Shown here: piece by piece, positions 38,851 through 47,519 of the stretch
How the letters are laid out: every line of letters begins with the position of its first letter
Position numbering within the stretch: the first letter of the stretch is position 1
Source of the DNA: a virus
Lineage: Duplodnaviria; Caudoviricetes
Virus record (IMG/VR): IMGVR_UViG_3300025936_000023
Coordinates: 5,622 to 69,621 of that record
Reading direction: 5' to 3' (one strand)
Length of the DNA: 64,000 nt
Position numbers and translations under genes: made by a program
Notes under the pieces: generated by a model
What the model was told of the DNA's origin: nothing
The model's input: the letters and a program-made list of their open reading frames with translations, nothing else
Databases searched by the model: none

Positions 38851-38988
38851 CGACTTGGGTCCACCGTGGGGCCGGTACCTCGGCAAGGCCGGCCAGTCCT
38901 CCCCTCCTCCCGGTGCTCGCCGGCACGGGATACAAGCAGCCGCCCTCGAACGCCGGGACGCGCGAGCGGGGTAAGGACGGCACGGCGC

Positions 38989-39414
38989 GTGTCGACTCAG
39001 TCGACGGCACGGCGAGCTTCAACAGCGGTGGTCGCGGTGATCGCCGCGGTCGCCCTGGGTGCCTGCGCCGCCTCGCCCAAGCCGCACACGCTGCCCGCTC
39101 CCGACCCCGCCCTCGCTGCCTCCTACTCAGCCGAGATCACCGCCGCCGACACCGTGCGCGAGGTCGTCCTCACCGACGTCGGCACCCGCCACCGCGCCGG
39201 CCTCCTCACCGACGCCAGTTTCTCGGCTATCCGCAATGCTGGTCTAAGGCTAGAGGCCGCCGTCCGCGTCGCCAGCAGCGAACTCAAGGTCTACCTGGCG
39301 AGCGGCGTGGCCGGCGATGGCCTAGAGCGAGCGCTGTCTGAGCTAAGAGCTGCCCGCACCGACTTCGAGCTGACACGGGACAAGGTGAACGCGGAGGATC
39401 CCCTTCATGGCTAA
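38989..39414 (+). CDS. Lipoprotein (possible spanin or exclusion protein)
   Basis: GTG after AAGGA; MSTQSTARRASTAVVAVIAAVALGA|C lipobox; an upstream ATG at 38812 is an alternative start. Confidence 0.7.
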   Translation: MSTQSTARRASTAVVAVIAAVALGACAASPKPHTLPAPDPALAASYSAEITAADTVREVVLTDVGTRHRAGLLTDASFSAIRNAGLRLEAAVRVASSELKVYLASGVAGDGLERALSELRAARTDFELTRDKVNAEDPLHG

Positions 39415-39619
39415 GCTGGATGCCGCTACGCAAGGAAAGCTGCTGGACTTCGGGTTGGCGCTCGCGACGTCGGCGCTCGAACGCCACAACAGCAAGCGAC
39501 TCAAGGAGCAGACCGACGCGGAAGTGCTCGCCGGCATTCGCGAGCTGGAAGAGCGGCGAGTGGTGAAGCCGACGGACGAGCTGCTGGCAGGCAAGGACGA
39601 CGCCGACGACGGAGCTTAG
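39407..39619 (+). CDS. Hypothetical protein, last gene of the + arm
   Basis: GGAGGA RBS; stop overlaps the stop of the convergent gene. Confidence 0.65.
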   Translation: MAKLDAATQGKLLDFGLALATSALERHNSKRLKEQTDAEVLAGIRELEERRVVKPTDELLAGKDDADDGA

Positions 39620-39891
39620 TTGGGCGGCTCGTCGCTGCGGAAGTCGTTATCGCCGTCGTAGGTCGCGAAGATCCCGGTGCCGACAAGATCGTCGAGTTCC
39701 TTCCTGGCCTTGTCGAAGTCGGCTGCCAGCCTAACGAAACAGCCCGCCACCAGGTCGGCTACCTCGGCGCCGACGAACTCGATGAAGGCATGGAGCGCTT
39801 GCTGTTCGCGGTAAAGCTCTAGTGACTCGGCCAGTGCCGCCGTGAACGCCCTTCGGTACTCGCTCTCGCCGCTCCTGCGATCACAGTCCAT
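39616..39891 (-). CDS. Hypothetical protein, last gene of the - arm
   Basis: Acidic helical 91 aa. Confidence 0.6.
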   Translation of the reverse strand: MDCDRRSGESEYRRAFTAALAESLELYREQQALHAFIEFVGAEVADLVAGCFVRLAADFDKARKELDDLVGTGIFATYDGDNDFRSDEPPN

Positions 39892-40975
39892 ACTTGTACC
39901 TCAGGTAGGTCTTCACCCGGTCGACGTTATAGCTGCTCAGCTTCGGCGTGTAGAGCAGGAACTCGGCGATGTCGCCGGTGACGAAGAAGCCGCTGTCGTT
40001 TCTGCACCCGACATAGACCGTGTCCGTCACCGTGCTCGTCGACGCCGTCGGACCGTCGCCCGCGCTGTCCTGGGTGAACACAAACGCGCCGTCGAGCCAT
40101 AGCCGGTGGGTCTCGTGCGTGCCAGCGTACTCCTGCGCCATCACCCGCCACTGGTTGTCGTCGCCGCCGTAGCCGGTCGGGTTGGTGCCGCGCTGCGAGA
40201 CCTGAGTGCGGCGAACGCGAGCCTGAGCAAAGTCGGTGAAGAGCGAGCTGCCGTCGTTGGTGCCGCTGTCGGCCGACTGCTCGTAGATGAAGCCGTGGCC
40301 GGTAGCGCGAAAGACGACAAAGACGTCGAAGGTCGAGATGCCAATGGTCGACGCGCTCACCTCGCAGTCACCGCCGTCGAGGCGGTAGACCGGGTGGCCG
40401 TTGAGGACGTTGGTCTTGAAGGTGAACTTCTTGCCGCCGGTCGACTGCGTGAAGTTGCCGCCGCTGCCGTAGTTGGCGACTGTGCCCACTGCGTCGCCGT
40501 CGTTGTAGTTGGCGTCGTCCTGGGTCGCGTCCAACCACACCACTAGGCCGCTGATGTCGGTGGGGGTGACGGTGGCGTCGGCGGCCAGGGCGACGGTATC
40601 GGTGGTGGAGTCGCCGGTACACGACAATGGCGGCGCGCAGGTATAGGTGAGGATGTCGTTGGGGCCGTCGGCGACCGGGTTGGTGCCGGTCGGCGTGTCG
40701 ATGGTCTCGAACGAGTTGCCACCGGCGCCAGCTGTCTCGGCTGCGTAGACGCCACCGCGGCACACGCAGTCGGCGAACACGCTGCCGCCGCCGGTGCTGT
40801 CGCAGTCGTCGACGGCCGAGGCGTCGATGATGACGTAGTGGGAGCCTTCGCGTGAGTCGTTGCAGGCGAGGGCGGCGATGCCGTTAGCGAAGCCGATATG
40901 GTCGAGGAGAGGAGCGGCGAGAGCGGGAGCGCCGACAGCTAGGGCAACGACGGCGGCAAGCACAAGCCGCCTCAC
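39881..40975 (-). CDS. Signal-peptide-bearing LamG/concanavalin-like protein
   Basis: MRRLVLAAVVALAVGAPALA|A; PTDISGLVVWLDA...LNGHPV...GDIAEFLLY...YLRYKYGL; paired Cys. Confidence 0.8.
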   Translation of the reverse strand: MRRLVLAAVVALAVGAPALAAPLLDHIGFANGIAALACNDSREGSHYVIIDASAVDDCDSTGGGSVFADCVCRGGVYAAETAGAGGNSFETIDTPTGTNPVADGPNDILTYTCAPPLSCTGDSTTDTVALAADATVTPTDISGLVVWLDATQDDANYNDGDAVGTVANYGSGGNFTQSTGGKKFTFKTNVLNGHPVYRLDGGDCEVSASTIGISTFDVFVVFRATGHGFIYEQSADSGTNDGSSLFTDFAQARVRRTQVSQRGTNPTGYGGDDNQWRVMAQEYAGTHETHRLWLDGAFVFTQDSAGDGPTASTSTVTDTVYVGCRNDSGFFVTGDIAEFLLYTPKLSSYNVDRVKTYLRYKYGL

Positions 40976-40980
40976 GCCGT

Positions 40981-41889
40981 TCACGCCGTCACCGCCTTCA
41001 CCTCGCCACTCCAGCCTTTCTCGACGCCGACGAGACGACCATCGCGTACTTCGACACGCGAGCACACCCAGCGACGATCTACGTCGCCTTGCGTCGGTTG
41101 GTCGATGTAGGCGTTGTAGCCGGCGCCGGTGATGCGCTCGACGGTCATCGGGCAGCGCATACGGGGAATCGTGTCGCCGACAGGAATAGCATCGACCTTA
41201 GACTCAGGCTGGATCATCGCCCAATAGCCGGCTAGCGTGCGGTCGCGATAAAGCTTGTCGAGCGAAGGTCGATAGCCGCCTATGTGAAAGCGCTGAGCGT
41301 TCAACGTTGTTAGCACTTCGTGGTTCGGTATGTCCGAACGGCAATTCGTACAAGGCAAAACGACCTTGGCACCGATGACACCGCGCGCTGCGAACGTAAC
41401 AGCGAATAGCGACGAGAACCACCACGCCGTCTCCGCGAGAATGTCGGCGACGCCGTACTTCGCCGCGTAGAAGTGTGCGACACCGTGAGCAGCGAGGAAC
41501 ATCGCGAAGTGAGGGTCTGGTGCCAGTTGTTCAGCACCCATAAACTCGTGACGCTCGCCGCGCAAGTATGTCAACAGCTCGTCGTGCCACTTGCGTGTTT
41601 CAGGGTCGTCGGGACCGCTCGCTGCAAGGTGCCACGCCCAGCCTATCGACTTGCCCTCGATACGATAGTTCTCGGTGCCACCCTCGCCTTCCTCGAACAG
41701 CAAGCTCTCAGGAGGTCGCGGCGGCAACGGGTTGTTCTTCGGGTCAACGGCGTACTTGACGAGCGCGTGCTGGATCGCGAGCTGCGCCTGCGCCGTGCCC
41801 TCGCGACCTTCGCCGTCGCCGCGGTCGGGCTTGTTACTGTTGACGTCGCCGACGTTGACGTTGGCGTTGTCCTTGCCGTGTCGATTCAT
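40981..41889 (-). CDS. Hypothetical protein (302 aa)
   Basis: GGAG RBS; globular composition; no motif recognised. Confidence 0.7.
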   Translation of the reverse strand: MNRHGKDNANVNVGDVNSNKPDRGDGEGREGTAQAQLAIQHALVKYAVDPKNNPLPPRPPESLLFEEGEGGTENYRIEGKSIGWAWHLAASGPDDPETRKWHDELLTYLRGERHEFMGAEQLAPDPHFAMFLAAHGVAHFYAAKYGVADILAETAWWFSSLFAVTFAARGVIGAKVVLPCTNCRSDIPNHEVLTTLNAQRFHIGGYRPSLDKLYRDRTLAGYWAMIQPESKVDAIPVGDTIPRMRCPMTVERITGAGYNAYIDQPTQGDVDRRWVCSRVEVRDGRLVGVEKGWSGEVKAVTA

Positions 41890-42127
41890 TATTGTTCTCC
41901 AGTTGTTTACGCTGCTGACGCGGTGCGCATGGACGACGTAACGTCAACGGCTCGACGATGCTCTCGCCGTGCAGCATTGCCAGCTCGAAATCTCGCCACG
42001 TCGGCTGCTCTAATGGGTTAACGTCGTGGTAGTCGCCGCATGCGGTGCAGCGAGTAAACAAGATCTGGCCGGCGGTGCCGACTGTGCTGCTGTCGCCTTC
42101 GGGCTCACGAAGAGGTTGACCGCTCAT
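41834..42127 (-). CDS. Hypothetical protein with CxxC
   Basis: ATGA coupling; CTACG. Confidence 0.5.
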   Translation of the reverse strand: MSGQPLREPEGDSSTVGTAGQILFTRCTACGDYHDVNPLEQPTWRDFELAMLHGESIVEPLTLRRPCAPRQQRKQLENNNESTRQGQRQRQRRRRQQ

Positions 42128-42546
42128 TGCTTCGTCGCTGTCGTCGTGTCGGTCGGTGTCCCGCCGCGCAGGTTGGCGCCTACGCGATTGATGACGGCAA
42201 GGCGAGCACGTGCCGTGTCGCGCATCGCTTCGTCCTCTTGCTTCGTCGGCTGTCGCTGGCAGTGGAGAACCACGCGCGCCGCTTCGTAGGCAGCCGCGTC
42301 GGTGCTCAGCACGTCGCGCAGCAGCACGTTCGCCGCTTGTAGCTCGCGCTCTAGCCGCTCGGCGTGCTCGCGCTGCTGGTCGCGCGCGATGATCGCGTCG
42401 TCCAGCTCGCGCATACGAGCGACGGCCGCCTCCCGGTACTCGGTACAGCGCTGCTCGTAGTGGTCGCGCTCACGCTCGGCTGTTTGGGCTCTTGCCTCGC
42501 TGGCAGCCAGGGTCGCGAGCTGGTAATCGAGCGTCGTGTCGCTCAC
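42124..42546 (-). CDS. Coiled-coil hypothetical protein
   Basis: GTGA coupling; heptad-like. Confidence 0.6.
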   Translation of the reverse strand: MSDTTLDYQLATLAASEARAQTAERERDHYEQRCTEYREAAVARMRELDDAIIARDQQREHAERLERELQAANVLLRDVLSTDAAAYEAARVVLHCQRQPTKQEDEAMRDTARARLAVINRVGANLRGGTPTDTTTATKQ

Positions 42547-43052
42547 TTCGCCCCCTCGCCGAGCGCAGCGCATGCGCGGCTGGCGGCCCACGTTTCAACG
42601 CCTACGCAGTACGCTTGCCCTTTGTTTGCTTTGCTGCGCTGCTCACAGCCAGACACGAAGCCTTCCAGGTAAGCATCCTCGACCTGCGCCGCTCGTGCCG
42701 CGCGCTCAGCGGCGAGGGCTTCGGCTAGACGGCGCAACGCTTCGCTGGAACGCGCCTCTACCCAGGCGCCGTCGATCCACAGCGCGTGCCTCCCCGACAA
42801 CACGACGGACTGCCATACGGCGCCATGAACGGACTGCCACCGCAGCACTTCCCCTTCCACCGGCGGCGGCTCGTTGGCGCCTTCGGGCGCGCCGGTCGTC
42901 GTGACGCTCCTTCGTTCCCACGATCCATGCTGCGAGCAAGACAGCTTGTGACCGTTGTCGCCTACTCCTGCGGCGCTTCGCAAATGTGGCGTGTTGCCGC
43001 ACTCGGGGCACGGCTCGCTGTGCAGCTCGCTGGTGCGGTCGGCGTCGCTCAT
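42543..43052 (-). CDS. Hypothetical protein with Lar-like zinc ribbon
   Basis: PCPECGNTP...CSQH; ATGA coupling. Confidence 0.6.
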   Translation of the reverse strand: MSDADRTSELHSEPCPECGNTPHLRSAAGVGDNGHKLSCSQHGSWERRSVTTTGAPEGANEPPPVEGEVLRWQSVHGAVWQSVVLSGRHALWIDGAWVEARSSEALRRLAEALAAERAARAAQVEDAYLEGFVSGCEQRSKANKGQAYCVGVETWAASRACAALGEGAK

Positions 43053-43303
43053 GGCATACGGTTCCGCAACACGTTGGCGCTGTCGCCACCATCGCCGCCG
43101 TCGAATGGCCCGTCGAGGTCGGCGATGACTGTCGTCGAGTCGCCGCCGACCTTGCGCAGCGTGCCCGTTCCAGAGCCGCCGAACACGACAAGGCCGAGTG
43201 CGTGGGCATCTTCGGCTGCACGGCTCAATCGTCGTGCAATCGAGGCGATGCGCGCTGGGTCAAGGCCGTGCTCGTCACACCGCTCGTCGTATATCCAGGG
43301 CAT
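43049..43303 (-). CDS. Hypothetical protein
   Basis: GAGGAG RBS. Confidence 0.6.
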   Translation of the reverse strand: MPWIYDERCDEHGLDPARIASIARRLSRAAEDAHALGLVVFGGSGTGTLRKVGGDSTTVIADLDGPFDGGDGGDSANVLRNRMP

Positions 43304-43306
43304 CGT

Positions 43307-43747
43307 CTACTCCTCTCGCGCCTCGGCCGGCGGTAAGTTGTTCTCGCTGTCGGTGCGTCCGACTGTTGACGCCCCGACCGGCGGTGACGACGTTGACGTT
43401 GACGTTGACGGCTGCGACGGCGGCGCGAGAAACTCGTCGATACGGTCAGCAAACGACGGCAGGGCTGCAAGTGTGTGGAGCGATCCAGCAGCCATCCGCA
43501 TCCGAGATGCCGACTCTCGTAGCAGTGACCTGGCGGTCGCCATCCGCTCGGCCTGCGCGAGCAGCCAACGAAGCTCGCTTGCACTCAGCGGCGGGGTGCG
43601 TTCGGCCATGAACGGGTCGTCGAGCGCGGTTGCCAGCTCGGCCAGCCGCTCGCGAGTCGGCGCGACGACGGCATTGCTGCGCTGGAACATACGATCAACC
43701 ATCGCATCGTTGTTGCCGCCGTCCGTCATCTCAGGCCAGTGGCTCAC
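43307..43747 (-). CDS. Hypothetical protein
   Basis: GTGA coupling after GAGGAG. Confidence 0.55.
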   Translation of the reverse strand: MSHWPEMTDGGNNDAMVDRMFQRSNAVVAPTRERLAELATALDDPFMAERTPPLSASELRWLLAQAERMATARSLLRESASRMRMAAGSLHTLAALPSFADRIDEFLAPPSQPSTSTSTSSPPVGASTVGRTDSENNLPPAEAREE

Positions 43748-43950
43748 TTGTCGCTCCTCATCAGCGTCGCTCGCGCCCTCGATCTCTCCCACGCACGGTC
43801 CTGCGCGTACATCATCGCCTCGTACTCGTCGTCGCCCGGCAGCGGCGGCTCGTCACCCCATATCGCCGTCGTCCACGCTTCACGCACGGCAGCTTCGACG
43901 GCGGTAGCGAGTTGTCGTCGCTGTTGTTGAGCGCCGCTCATCGCTGTCAC
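43744..43950 (-). CDS. Hypothetical protein
   Basis: GTGA coupling. Confidence 0.55.
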   Translation of the reverse strand: MTAMSGAQQQRRQLATAVEAAVREAWTTAIWGDEPPLPGDDEYEAMMYAQDRAWERSRARATLMRSDK

Positions 43951-44165
43951 CGCTGTACACCAAGCTCGCGTTTACATCCCGGCGGTTTACGTCGACAACT
44001 GCGATAGGCGTCACCGCACCATCCGTACTTCAACGCCTGCGCGCACGCGACACGCTTAGACGAATTCGCCGGGTGACGAGTCGAGTAGACGCGACAGCCG
44101 ACGAGCACGAGGAGCAGCAAGGCGACAACGGTTACGGTCACGGTCTTCAAGTAGATCGTTCGCAT
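43947..44165 (-). CDS. Small Cys-rich lipoprotein
   Basis: GAGGAG RBS; MRTIYLKTVTVTVVALLLLVLVG|C lipobox; four further Cys. Confidence 0.65.
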   Translation of the reverse strand: MRTIYLKTVTVTVVALLLLVLVGCRVYSTRHPANSSKRVACAQALKYGWCGDAYRSCRRKPPGCKRELGVQR

Positions 44166-44197
44166 TGTTAGGCTCCTCGCGCTCGTTGGTTGATCGT

Positions 44198-45025
44198 CTA
44201 CTGGCGTCGATGCTTGCCGTGATGACCGCCGCGCGTTGCCGCAGGTGCGGGCTCCGTTGGCGGCGCGGACGGAGTCGGAGTCGGAGGCGCGGGCGTTGGC
44301 GCGGGAGCCGGCACCGGCGCTGGCTGTGGAGTCGGCTGTAGCGGCGGAGGCGTTGCCACCGTAGACGCAGCGACAAGCTCGGTGTAGTCGCCGGCTTTCA
44401 AGTCGACCGTCTCCCCCTGCCCACCATGGACGTTGAACACGTAGACGACCTGGCCGGCGCCGAGCGCCTGAGCGCTGTGCTCGACGCGAATGCGCACGTC
44501 GCGGGTGAGCGCCACCTTGCGCGTCGCACCGAAGTCGGGGCCGGTCTCGTCGATGTGCAGCGGACGGCTGAGCGTGCCGACGTCGCCGGTTAAGCGGTCG
44601 AGCGCGAACGGCGACAGCAAGCCGATCTCGACGGCGCCCGTGGCCTCGGCGTCGTTGACGTCCTGGTCGGTGGGATCGCCGTCGTACTCGTCGGGGCTGC
44701 CGAGCTTGCCGGCGGCGAATGCGTCCTTCAACGACTGATAGTTGTTCGTCCGTCGCTCGGCGCCACGTCCGACGAACTCTGCGCCCGGCGGCGAGTCGCC
44801 GTAACGCTTGCTGCGGTCGGGCAGCACGATGCCGGCGTCGGCGCGGAAGCGGCGCGGCTCGAACGCCTGGAATTCCGGGCGGAACGGCCCCGACACAACG
44901 ATCACCTTCACTCGACCCGTCGCCGGGTCGATCTCGCCGCTCGGGTCGCCCGTCTTCCACTGGACTGTGTTGACGCCGTTTGCGATCAGGAACTCTTCGA
45001 GGCCGACGCCCATCTTCTTCGCCAT
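44198..45025 (-). CDS. Hypothetical protein with Pro-rich C-terminal linker
   Basis: CAGGAG RBS; PTPQPAPVPAPAPTPAPP then a basic tail. Confidence 0.75.
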   Translation of the reverse strand: MAKKMGVGLEEFLIANGVNTVQWKTGDPSGEIDPATGRVKVIVVSGPFRPEFQAFEPRRFRADAGIVLPDRSKRYGDSPPGAEFVGRGAERRTNNYQSLKDAFAAGKLGSPDEYDGDPTDQDVNDAEATGAVEIGLLSPFALDRLTGDVGTLSRPLHIDETGPDFGATRKVALTRDVRIRVEHSAQALGAGQVVYVFNVHGGQGETVDLKAGDYTELVAASTVATPPPLQPTPQPAPVPAPAPTPAPPTPTPSAPPTEPAPAATRGGHHGKHRRQ

Positions 45026-45072
45026 GTCGTTGTCTCCTGGTAGTTGTCGAGGCTCAAGGCTTCAACTGCTGA

Positions 45073-45252
45073 CTAAGGAATCGTAGTCTCGTAAGGCTGT
45101 GCTGGCAAGTCGGCGGTCGGGTCGGTGCAGATGGCAGCGATGGCGACGGCGACCGCGATGATGATGCAGGCGAGGGCAGCGGTGCCGACAGCGCGGCGCG
45201 AAGGAGACGACGGGCGAAGAGCGGCTGAGCGGCCAAGCTCGTAGCGACTCAC
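45073..45252 (-). CDS. Small single-TM protein, not in the ORF track
   Basis: GTGA coupling; AALACIIIAVAVAIAAIC. Confidence 0.5.
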   Translation of the reverse strand: MSRYELGRSAALRPSSPSRRAVGTAALACIIIAVAVAIAAICTDPTADLPAQPYETTIP

Positions 45253-45452
45253 TGCTGCACTACCTTCACTGTGTCGGCCTCGTCCACGAGCGGCAGGTTT
45301 ACGGGCTTGCCGCTAGTCGGTTCGATGGCGCGGCTCACCTTGAAGCCCTGCGCCGTCGAGCCACACACCGGACAGCGGTGCGGGTTGTCGCGGATGACGT
45401 CGCAGCCGTCGTCGCAGCAGAGCACTGCGTCAAGAAGTCGAAGGTGAGCCAT
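45249..45452 (-). CDS. Small zinc-ribbon protein
   Basis: GGAGG RBS; LCCDDGC...CPVCGS. Confidence 0.65.
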   Translation of the reverse strand: MAHLRLLDAVLCCDDGCDVIRDNPHRCPVCGSTAQGFKVSRAIEPTSGKPVNLPLVDEADTVKVVQQ

Positions 45453-45456
45453 TCGT

Positions 45457-46128
45457 TTAAACCTCCAACTCCATCGCAGCTCCGTGCGGACACAGCGGGC
45501 ACCCTTCGTCGTCGATCCACTTCTGCGTCACGCGCACGATATAGCCACAGCACTCGGTCGCACACGCCTTCAAGAGCCTAGTCGACTGCACCTTGCGTTT
45601 GCTCGACGCCGTCAACCCAGCATGCGGCATCGGCCCGAGCTGCTTCACAATGGCTGCCAGCTTGCTCAGCAAGTCGGCACCCGCCACCGTTGCTGTCGGC
45701 TTGCCTTCCAGCCCCACCGCCCTCGCCGCCTTGGCGAACTTCGGCCCATGCTTGACGGCCGGCGGCAGCGCGGTATGCAGCAGCTCGTGCAGCAGCACGT
45801 CGAGCACTCGGCTGCTGTCGGCGATCACCGGCGAGATGAACAGCTGCGGGTGGCCGTCCTGGCTAGTCTCGCCGTACCAGCACTCGCCGAGCCGCTGGCG
45901 TTTGGCGCTTAGTGCGGACCGGGACGGCCACCCGACGCTGACGTGGACGAGGGCGGGGACGTCGAGCGCGGCGGAGATGCAGAGTGGGCGAAGGGCGACG
46001 ACGGCTGCTTGCAGCCAGGCTTCGCGAGTGGCGAAGGCTGACTGCGGCACGGGCGTCGGCGGCGCTGGCGACTTAGACTTGGCCGACTTCGCTGCCTTCG
46101 TTGTCGTCTTCATCTTCGCCGCGCTCAT
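45457..46128 (-). CDS. SprT-like zinc metalloprotease
   Basis: LGECW, VLLHELLH (HExxH), HGPKF, C-terminal zinc ribbon C..ECCGY...CP. Confidence 0.8.
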   Translation of the reverse strand: MSAAKMKTTTKAAKSAKSKSPAPPTPVPQSAFATREAWLQAAVVALRPLCISAALDVPALVHVSVGWPSRSALSAKRQRLGECWYGETSQDGHPQLFISPVIADSSRVLDVLLHELLHTALPPAVKHGPKFAKAARAVGLEGKPTATVAGADLLSKLAAIVKQLGPMPHAGLTASSKRKVQSTRLLKACATECCGYIVRVTQKWIDDEGCPLCPHGAAMELEV

Positions 46129-46661
46129 AGCGTGTCCTCGGCAATCGGCTTGTTGTCCATAGCAACGACGATCCCGTGGCCGTAGTAGCCGTTGTGCGAG
46201 TTGTAGACGGCGAGCTGGAGCTTGCCTTTACTCGTGATGAAGTCGACGAACTGGATGCCGCCGCCGTCGAAGCCGTACTCAGCGCAGCCGTGACGGTCGA
46301 TGATCGTCTGGTTGAGCGCGGTGTCGACGAGCCGCACCTCGCGCAGGTTGGCACCTACGAAGTCGTTCAAGTCGTCGGCGCTGTGGACGTGACCCCACTG
46401 CTCGCAGCAGCTCGACTCGTTGTCGATCAGCACGAGGAAGACGTGCTTGGTCGTCTCGACGCGGAAGCCTTCCATGCGAGTGCTGCCGGTGAGCGCGTTG
46501 AGCATTTGCGAGAAGCCCGCGCGAGCACCTTGAGAGCCTTCCATGTCGCCGATTGGACGCGCGACATAGTTGTCCAGCTCTTCGATTTTGGTGATCTTGC
46601 CGAAGCGGCCCTTGACGGCCGGCGGCGACGACTGCGACGACTGCTGGGTGTGCTCGCTCAT
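46125..46661 (-). CDS. Conserved-type phage hypothetical protein
   Basis: SSCCE..G and YNSHNGYYGH motifs; ATGA coupling. Confidence 0.7.
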   Translation of the reverse strand: MSEHTQQSSQSSPPAVKGRFGKITKIEELDNYVARPIGDMEGSQGARAGFSQMLNALTGSTRMEGFRVETTKHVFLVLIDNESSCCEQWGHVHSADDLNDFVGANLREVRLVDTALNQTIIDRHGCAEYGFDGGGIQFVDFITSKGKLQLAVYNSHNGYYGHGIVVAMDNKPIAEDTL

Positions 46662-46903
46662 GACAGCTTCACCGACGGCCACTTGCCTTTCACGAGCAAC
46701 GAGAATGCGCGACCGGCGCTCTTGTGCGCGACGATAAGACCGGCAATCCAGCTCGGCACCGCGTAGGCATAACGGTGCCCTTCCTTGGTGCTGATGAGCA
46801 GAAAGCCGTCAGTGCCGACCGCCTCTGGCATGTCGGGTAGCTTGCTCGCGCTCACGTAGCGGGCCGATGCGATCCAGCTGCTGCTGATGTTGAGTGTGCT
46901 CAT
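46658..46903 (-). CDS. KTSC-like domain protein
   Basis: ISSSWIASARY...GHRYAY.VP...A.KSAGRAF..LVKG. Confidence 0.65.
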   Translation of the reverse strand: MSTLNISSSWIASARYVSASKLPDMPEAVGTDGFLLISTKEGHRYAYAVPSWIAGLIVAHKSAGRAFSLLVKGKWPSVKLS

Positions 46904-46910
46904 GGACGAC

Positions 46911-46939
46911 ATGATAGCCGGTTCGTAGTCGTCTGTCAA
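46911..46939 (-). promoter_or_regulatory. Sigma70-type promoter, leaderless geometry
   Basis: TTGACA (46939-46934), 17 nt, TATCAT (46916-46911), 7 nt, ATG. Confidence 0.8.
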
Positions 46940-47262
46940 GCGTCGTGAACAGCCGCAGCCAAGACGGCGTCTTGGAACTGGCGATACTTGCGAATCCACC
47001 CTGCCTTCGCTTCTGGATTGATAGCCAGCGCTAGGCCCGCCATGCGCGGCGACCAGTTGACGATAAAGCCGCGCCGGTCGGCCTCGGCGTTGACCATCGC
47101 TGCAACAAAGTTGGCAAGCTGCTCGTCGGTCGGTGGAATGTAGTGGTCGGCGGCGGTAATCTCGCCCGTCAGCTTAGCGACTTCGCGCTGCATAGGCGCA
47201 CGCGACGGCGGCAACGGCGCCGACCGCTCTCGCATCATCCGCTTGAAGCTGGCCTTGCTCAC
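46936..47262 (-). CDS. Hypothetical protein
   Basis: GTGA coupling; stop TGA lies in the next -35 box. Confidence 0.6.
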   Translation of the reverse strand: MSKASFKRMMRERSAPLPPSRAPMQREVAKLTGEITAADHYIPPTDEQLANFVAAMVNAEADRRGFIVNWSPRMAGLALAINPEAKAGWIRKYRQFQDAVLAAAVHDA

Positions 47263-47480
47263 GGCTGCCTGTCCCAGTTCTCGCGCAACCAAGCCTCGAA
47301 CGGCACCAGCAGCGCGTCGTTGTAGTAGGGATCGAGGGGACCACTGAGAACTGCGTCGGCGAGGCCAGGACGGACGTCGCAGAGACGGTTGGCGGCCGTC
47401 TGACCGATACGCCAGGTTGGCGGATGATCGGCGTAGTAGCCGCGGATGAACTCATCGACGGTGGGTGCCGGATTGCTCAT
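47259..47480 (-). CDS. Hypothetical phage protein
   Basis: WRIGQ..AN.L...P.LA...DPYYND motif; leaderless start. Confidence 0.7.
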   Translation of the reverse strand: MSNPAPTVDEFIRGYYADHPPTWRIGQTAANRLCDVRPGLADAVLSGPLDPYYNDALLVPFEAWLRENWDRQP

Positions 47481-47487
47481 GATGACT

Positions 47488-47516
47488 ACTGTACTCAATG
47501 ACTGATCGTCTGTCAA
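47488..47516 (-). promoter_or_regulatory. Sigma70-type promoter, leaderless geometry
   Basis: TTGACA (47516-47511), 17 nt, TACAGT (47493-47488), 7 nt, ATG. Confidence 0.8.
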
Positions 47517-47519
47517 GCG

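Noticed and set aside
38918-38960. SRP RNA or guanidine-I riboswitch identity for the lipoprotein leader
   Set aside because: AAGCAGCC and CACGGGATA match short consensus pieces, but the SRP tetraloop helix and the ykkC 3' motif are absent
39610-39625. Bidirectional terminator at the convergence of the two arms
   Set aside because: The stop codons overlap directly and no hairpin with a U-tract is present
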